The notes below the pieces were generated by a model, which saw nothing but the letters and a program-made list of their open reading frames with translations, ran no database searches and had not been told where the DNA came from. The position numbers and the translations under genes were made by a program. Positions 26,361 through 30,262 of a stretch of DNA of 30,262 nt are shown piece after piece. The stretch covers positions 1 through 30,262 of the forward strand of contig JBGCFM010000267.1 of NCBI GenBank assembly GCA_045106895.1, read 5' to 3'. Position 1 is the stretch's first letter. Each line of letters starts with the position of its first letter. This DNA is from Polyangiales bacterium. Its GTDB lineage: Bacteria > Myxococcota_A > Polyangia > Polyangiales > Houyiibacteriaceae.

Positions 26361-27413
26361 CTAGGCGGCGGCCTTCCGCTCTACGGCAAGGTCGCCCAAG
26401 CGCAGTTCCGCCGCAGCGATGGCGTCACACACGGCGCTTTCCCACGTCGCCGAGCCCGCCAGACCAAATCGCTCGAGCTCGCTGCCAGGGACGACGCCGG
26501 CAAACTCTCGCGTCTTCATTTTCTCCAAGGCGCGGACGACTCGCTGCGTTTCCGTGGCGCTAAGCTGCGGCCAAAGCCAAGCGAGAGCTTCCCAGCCATG
26601 CTGTGCGTGACGCGCTTCGTCCGCGGCGATTTTCGTGAGGGCCGCCCGGATGGTGGGCGACTCGGCGCTCTCCGCCATGCGCGCCGCAGCGTCGGCGGAC
26701 GCGGACTCGAGAACGCAGCACTCGACGAGGCACTCCTCGGCCACGCTCTGTGGCGTGGTCTTACCATCCGCCGGCCAGACTGCGGCGGGGAGTGGACCGG
26801 CGCCCACGGCCTCTGAGCCGTCAGCAAAGCCCGTGGAGATCTCGTAGCAGACGCGCGCATGATGAACCTCGTCGATGGCGTCCAGGTGCGCGTTTTCGAC
26901 AAGAGCGCTTGGCGCTCCCAGTGCGAGCAGCTGGTTGGAGAAGGACGAGAACGCGGCGATGGACGCGTGCTCCGTCGCAGCGTTGAGTCGCCACCCCGCC
27001 GCAGCGGCCTCGCACGTCTCGAGGTCGGACGTGTCGAGCTGCAGGTCACGCCAGTCTTCGTTCGCTTCGGACTCCGGCAAGCGGCCCTTTCCGCGGCGGC
27101 GCAACGCCCGGCCGCGACTGAAGGTCGCGAACTGCACGCCGAGAAAGAAGGTGATCACTGGCGTCAGCAGCCCCAGAACGACCGGCAGGTAGCCGAGCTT
27201 GGTTCCGCGACGAATGGCGATCACGCCCAAAACGATGCCGACGAACGCCGCGACGCAGGCGGCGATCCAGAGGAAGAAGCTCGACTCATCATCGGGATCC
27301 GCGATGTTCGTGGCGCAGGCCGCCCACATCACCACGGGCAGCATGGCGAGGCCTACGCCCCAGCCCACCAACTTTGTCGCACGCGTGTCGTTCGTATCGT
27401 TCGTTGATTCCAT
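26361..27413 (-). CDS. Membrane-anchored ferritin-like (di-iron four-helix) protein, myxobacterial type
   Basis: Three N-terminal hydrophobic segments, a GR motif, then EHASIAAF, DEVHHA, ECCVLES and DEARHA. Confidence 0.82.
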   Translation of the reverse strand: MESTNDTNDTRATKLVGWGVGLAMLPVVMWAACATNIADPDDESSFFLWIAACVAAFVGIVLGVIAIRRGTKLGYLPVVLGLLTPVITFFLGVQFATFSRGRALRRRGKGRLPESEANEDWRDLQLDTSDLETCEAAAAGWRLNAATEHASIAAFSSFSNQLLALGAPSALVENAHLDAIDEVHHARVCYEISTGFADGSEAVGAGPLPAAVWPADGKTTPQSVAEECLVECCVLESASADAAARMAESAESPTIRAALTKIAADEARHAQHGWEALAWLWPQLSATETQRVVRALEKMKTREFAGVVPGSELERFGLAGSATWESAVCDAIAAAELRLGDLAVERKAAA

Positions 27414-27486
27414 GCACGAGACTTCGTCCACAACGCCATGGGCGTGTCAAACTTTGTTCGGACGCCACCCACTCAGAATGGAGTGG

Positions 27487-28389
27487 CTACTCGGTGCTTG
27501 GACCGAGGAGACGGAGGCAACGCTCTGCGACTTGAAGGCTCGCGACCTCCCCAAACGGTAGCGGCAGGTAGTCCTGCTCGACTCCGTCGCCAAAGAGGAC
27601 GCCTCCTTCGTTCATCTCGCTGCGTATCGTGAGCACGTCACCTTCGCCAAGCTGACCATGGGCAAGCTCGCAGCCCGTCGTTGGGCTGGGCCACGCTTCA
27701 CGCACCAGGTACGTCAGGGCGCGCTGCTCTGGCGCCGGAAGCGCCGGCGCGCCGCTCCTCATTCGCGCGATGGACTTCGCCCAGCCCGTCGCGCCCGTGC
27801 CCGAAGTGATGATGAGTCCTGACGACGAGTGCCGCTCCGAGACACCACCGGCGGAGATGACATAGCGCGCGCTCTGGTGCGTGCGGTGCCCGACGAAGAT
27901 CTCGTTGAGCGCGCACAGCGTTTGACCATCGCCGGTCTTCGCGCAGACGAGTGTCCGCGCCTGCACCGACGCACGCTTCGACTCCACCTGGGCCAGCAAG
28001 CGACCGGTGTGCTTCGCGGAATGCGGCGCGAGGACTCCTGCGTGGTCGCCGGCATAGATACCGACGACCACTTGGCTCTGCAGGTACTTGGCGACGTTCG
28101 CCACCAAGCCGTCTTGACCCACCGTCACAACGATGTCCGAAGGCTCGAAGAGAAAACGGTCGAGGCTGTCGCGATCTACCCGCGCGCGGCGCCAGTTCAG
28201 CGGAATCTGCGCGAGCGTCAAGTCCACAGCCGCGTGCAGCTCTTGGTGTCGGTGGTCGACGTCTTCGAGCTTTTGGCCGCGCGACTTCAAGAAGAAAGAC
28301 GCGCCCCCGCGAGTGCCGTGGGCTTTGAGGAGCGCGTCCAGCTCCGTCTCGCGTGTGACGACGACGACTCTGGGAGGCAGGCTGCTCAC
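27487..28389 (-). CDS. NAD kinase-like protein (NrtR-associated NrtY type)
   Basis: VVVTRETEL, VGQDG (variant of GGDG), ALNEIF, SSSGLIITSGTGATGW. GTG start overlaps the upstream TGA (GTGA). Confidence 0.85.
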   Translation of the reverse strand: MSSLPPRVVVVTRETELDALLKAHGTRGGASFFLKSRGQKLEDVDHRHQELHAAVDLTLAQIPLNWRRARVDRDSLDRFLFEPSDIVVTVGQDGLVANVAKYLQSQVVVGIYAGDHAGVLAPHSAKHTGRLLAQVESKRASVQARTLVCAKTGDGQTLCALNEIFVGHRTHQSARYVISAGGVSERHSSSGLIITSGTGATGWAKSIARMRSGAPALPAPEQRALTYLVREAWPSPTTGCELAHGQLGEGDVLTIRSEMNEGGVLFGDGVEQDYLPLPFGEVASLQVAERCLRLLGPSTE

Positions 28390-29450
28390 TTCTTGTTCTC
28401 GCTCTCCAAGGCCTCCATCTTTTTCTCGGAAACGCTGCTCTCCATCACGCTCGCGCCGGCACTGCCGAGACGCTGAAGAAGCGGCCCGAGCATGTCTGGG
28501 CTGAGGTTGAGGTGTTCGATGGTGGTCAGGTTCTTCGCGAGCTCCTGGGCGGCGAGACCGTAGAGCGCGCCTTGGGGCAGGTTGCGGTAGATCTCCATGC
28601 GGGCGCCTTCCGCTTCATTCTTTGCCGCCTCGAGGACGCCAATGGAAGCCGCCTCTGCGTCCGCGGACATCTTGCGTGTCGTCGCCTCGCCGTGGGCGCG
28701 AATGCGGGCAGCTTCTGCTTTCTCTTCGGCCATCCGGCGCTGATTCTGGCCCTGCTGTTCGATGAGCTTCTCTTCGCGCTTGGCGAGCTCCAGGCGCGTC
28801 GCCATCTCGTTCTCCGTAATGGCGCGCTCTTTCTCCACGGCCATGGCGCGGCGCCGGAACGTCGCTTCGTCCGCCTCCTGCTGGATCCTCTCCCGTGTCG
28901 GCATCTGGAGCGCCTTCTCCATTTCTGCCGTCGGAGCGACCTTGGCCACGCGAACGCTCACGATCTCAAGGCCCATGTCCACGAGACCTTCGTCCGACTG
29001 GAGCTTGCCGCCGATGGCGGAACGCATGTCCTCGATGGGCGCCGCTAGGAGGTCTCGCAGCACGAAACGCGCGATGTAGTCGGAGCCAAGCTCCTGGGCG
29101 AGCTGCGTCAGCGTGACGGCGAGGGAGTCCAGAGGCTGCTCTTTGTGACGCCCCGTGGACTTGTCGATGGCGAAGCTCACGCGCTCCGAGAGCACCTTCG
29201 GGTTCGCGACGCGGTAGGTGATGACGCCCTGCGCCGTGACCTCCTGAAAGTCGCTGGTGTGCGCTTTGAACAGGAAGGCAAGCTCGCGGTCGTCGAGGGG
29301 GATCTCCACAATGGAGGCGCCCAAGGGATAGAACCAAAAGGCGAGACCGCGACCGGATTGCTTCACCTTGCCGCCACGCATGGAGAGCACCCAGGAGGTC
29401 GGCTCGACGCGAAGGTGACGCATGAAGAAGAGCTTGCTGAGTTCGGCCAT
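28386..29450 (-). CDS. SPFH/Band 7 domain protein (NrtR-associated NrtX type)
   Basis: Start revised to ATG 29450 (AAAGGA RBS). GRGLAFWF, TSDFQEVTAQGVITYRV, coiled coil EATFRRRAMAVEKERAI, and IEHLNLSPD. Confidence 0.88.
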   Translation of the reverse strand: MAELSKLFFMRHLRVEPTSWVLSMRGGKVKQSGRGLAFWFYPLGASIVEIPLDDRELAFLFKAHTSDFQEVTAQGVITYRVANPKVLSERVSFAIDKSTGRHKEQPLDSLAVTLTQLAQELGSDYIARFVLRDLLAAPIEDMRSAIGGKLQSDEGLVDMGLEIVSVRVAKVAPTAEMEKALQMPTRERIQQEADEATFRRRAMAVEKERAITENEMATRLELAKREEKLIEQQGQNQRRMAEEKAEAARIRAHGEATTRKMSADAEAASIGVLEAAKNEAEGARMEIYRNLPQGALYGLAAQELAKNLTTIEHLNLSPDMLGPLLQRLGSAGASVMESSVSEKKMEALESENKK

Positions 29451-29482
29451 GATGTGTGTCCTTTTGTTTGGGTCGCCAGGCG

Positions 29483-30226
29483 CTAGACGGCGCTTCGGCG
29501 GTTGAATCGATACAGCTCCGCGGGGCGGTTGCTGACGTTGCGCTCGCGTTCGCCGGTGGCGTGGAGTTGGCCGCTGGCGAGCATGCGGCGACGAAACGAG
29601 TCTTTGTTGAGCGGCTCTTCGCGCACGGCCTCGTGCACTTCTTGAAGTTGACGCAAAGTGAAGCTGTCCGGCAGAAGCTGGAAACCCACCGGGGCGTAGT
29701 CGAGCTTGCCGCGGATGCGCTGCACGGCGACGCCGAGCATGTCTTGGTGGTCGAGGAAGAGCGGAAGCGCCTCGCCGCTTTCGTCGTCCAAGACAGACGC
29801 AGGACCACCGGTCTCGCCGGACCACTCCACGTGCACGCGCCCGCTCTGAGCGCCGGATTCACCCAGCGCGTCGAAGCGGCTCGGCGCGACGAGGGCGTAG
29901 TGAGCCACGCTCAGAATGCGCATGCGCGGGTCACGGCGCGGCGACCCGAAGGTGTAGAGCTGCTCGATGAACACGCGGCCGAGACCGAGTTTGTCCCGGA
30001 GTACCCGCTGCGCGGCCTCGTCGAGGGACTCATGCATCCGCACGAAGCCTCCAGGGAACGAGTAGGTGCCGAGTCCAGGATGCGTGACGCGTTTGTGCAC
30101 GGCAGCGCGGAGATGGCCCGAGTCCACGGTGAGGAGCACGACGTCAACGGCCACGGAGGGCCGATCGAAGGCGTTTGGGTCATAAGCCGCGAGAAACGAA
30201 GCCTCGCTGTCTTTTATGCGTGTCAC
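29483..30226 (-). CDS. nrtR: NrtR-family regulator (degenerate Nudix + winged HTH)
   Basis: PSVAVDVV, FPGGFV..ESLDEAAQRVL..K.G, EQLYTFG..RDPR, FTLRQLQEVHE, FRRRML, RPAELYRF. Start revised to GTG 30226. Confidence 0.92.
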   Translation of the reverse strand: MTRIKDSEASFLAAYDPNAFDRPSVAVDVVLLTVDSGHLRAAVHKRVTHPGLGTYSFPGGFVRMHESLDEAAQRVLRDKLGLGRVFIEQLYTFGSPRRDPRMRILSVAHYALVAPSRFDALGESGAQSGRVHVEWSGETGGPASVLDDESGEALPLFLDHQDMLGVAVQRIRGKLDYAPVGFQLLPDSFTLRQLQEVHEAVREEPLNKDSFRRRMLASGQLHATGERERNVSNRPAELYRFNRRSAV

Positions 30227-30254
30227 ATATAAGTTATATGCACGATGCATTTAA
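30212..30254. promoter_or_regulatory. Two tandem 21-bp palindromes, probable NrtR operators
   Basis: TTTTATGCGTGTCACATATAA (30212-30232) and TTATATGCACGATGCATTTAA (30234-30254). Shared consensus is TTWTATG-N7-CATWTAA. Confidence 0.8.
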
Positions 30255-30261
30255 CGCGCAA
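30233..30261 (-). promoter_or_regulatory. Sigma70-type promoter of the nrtR operon, apparently leaderless
   Basis: TTGCGC (30261-30256) - 17 nt - TATAAC (30238-30233) - 6 nt - GTG. Confidence 0.7.
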
Positions 30262-30262
30262 G

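Noticed and set aside
27414..27450. TTGACA on the minus strand upstream of the ferritin-like gene as a sigma70 promoter
   Set aside because: No acceptable -10 hexamer at 16-18 nt spacing.
1..30262. CRISPR arrays, tRNA/rRNA genes, transposases, integrases or phage genes
   Set aside because: None seen. The only tandem repeats are diverged protein-coding repeats, and intergenic gaps are short (about 330 bp at most).

Overview
High-GC window whose gene content (many Cys-rich and 'DAG'-linker lipoproteins, an EHAS-type ferritin-like protein, sigma54 promoters) suggests Myxococcota, probably Polyangia/Sandaracinaceae-like. This taxonomy is an inference. About 21 CDS. Recognisable genes are gltB-gltD, an amidase-signature enzyme, a SnoaL/NTF2 protein, a eukaryote-like UMP-CMP/adenylate kinase with an extra N-terminal domain, and an NrtR + SPFH + NAD-kinase-like operon with tandem 21-bp operators over a leaderless promoter. 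Eight genes encode predicted lipoproteins. The most unusual locus (20.8-26.3 kb) has two back-to-back sigma54-type promoters driving three lipoproteins that share a K-(A/F)-D motif after the lipobox: a helix-hairpin-helix + expanded CYTH-fold protein, a degenerate CotH-kinase-like + YjiK-propeller protein, and an unknown protein. Seven genes appear leaderless. A CDS at 1-1320 (minus strand, runs off the window) is missing from the ORF track. No rRNA, tRNA, CRISPR or mobile element was seen. All domain calls come from motif recognition by eye; no database searches were run.
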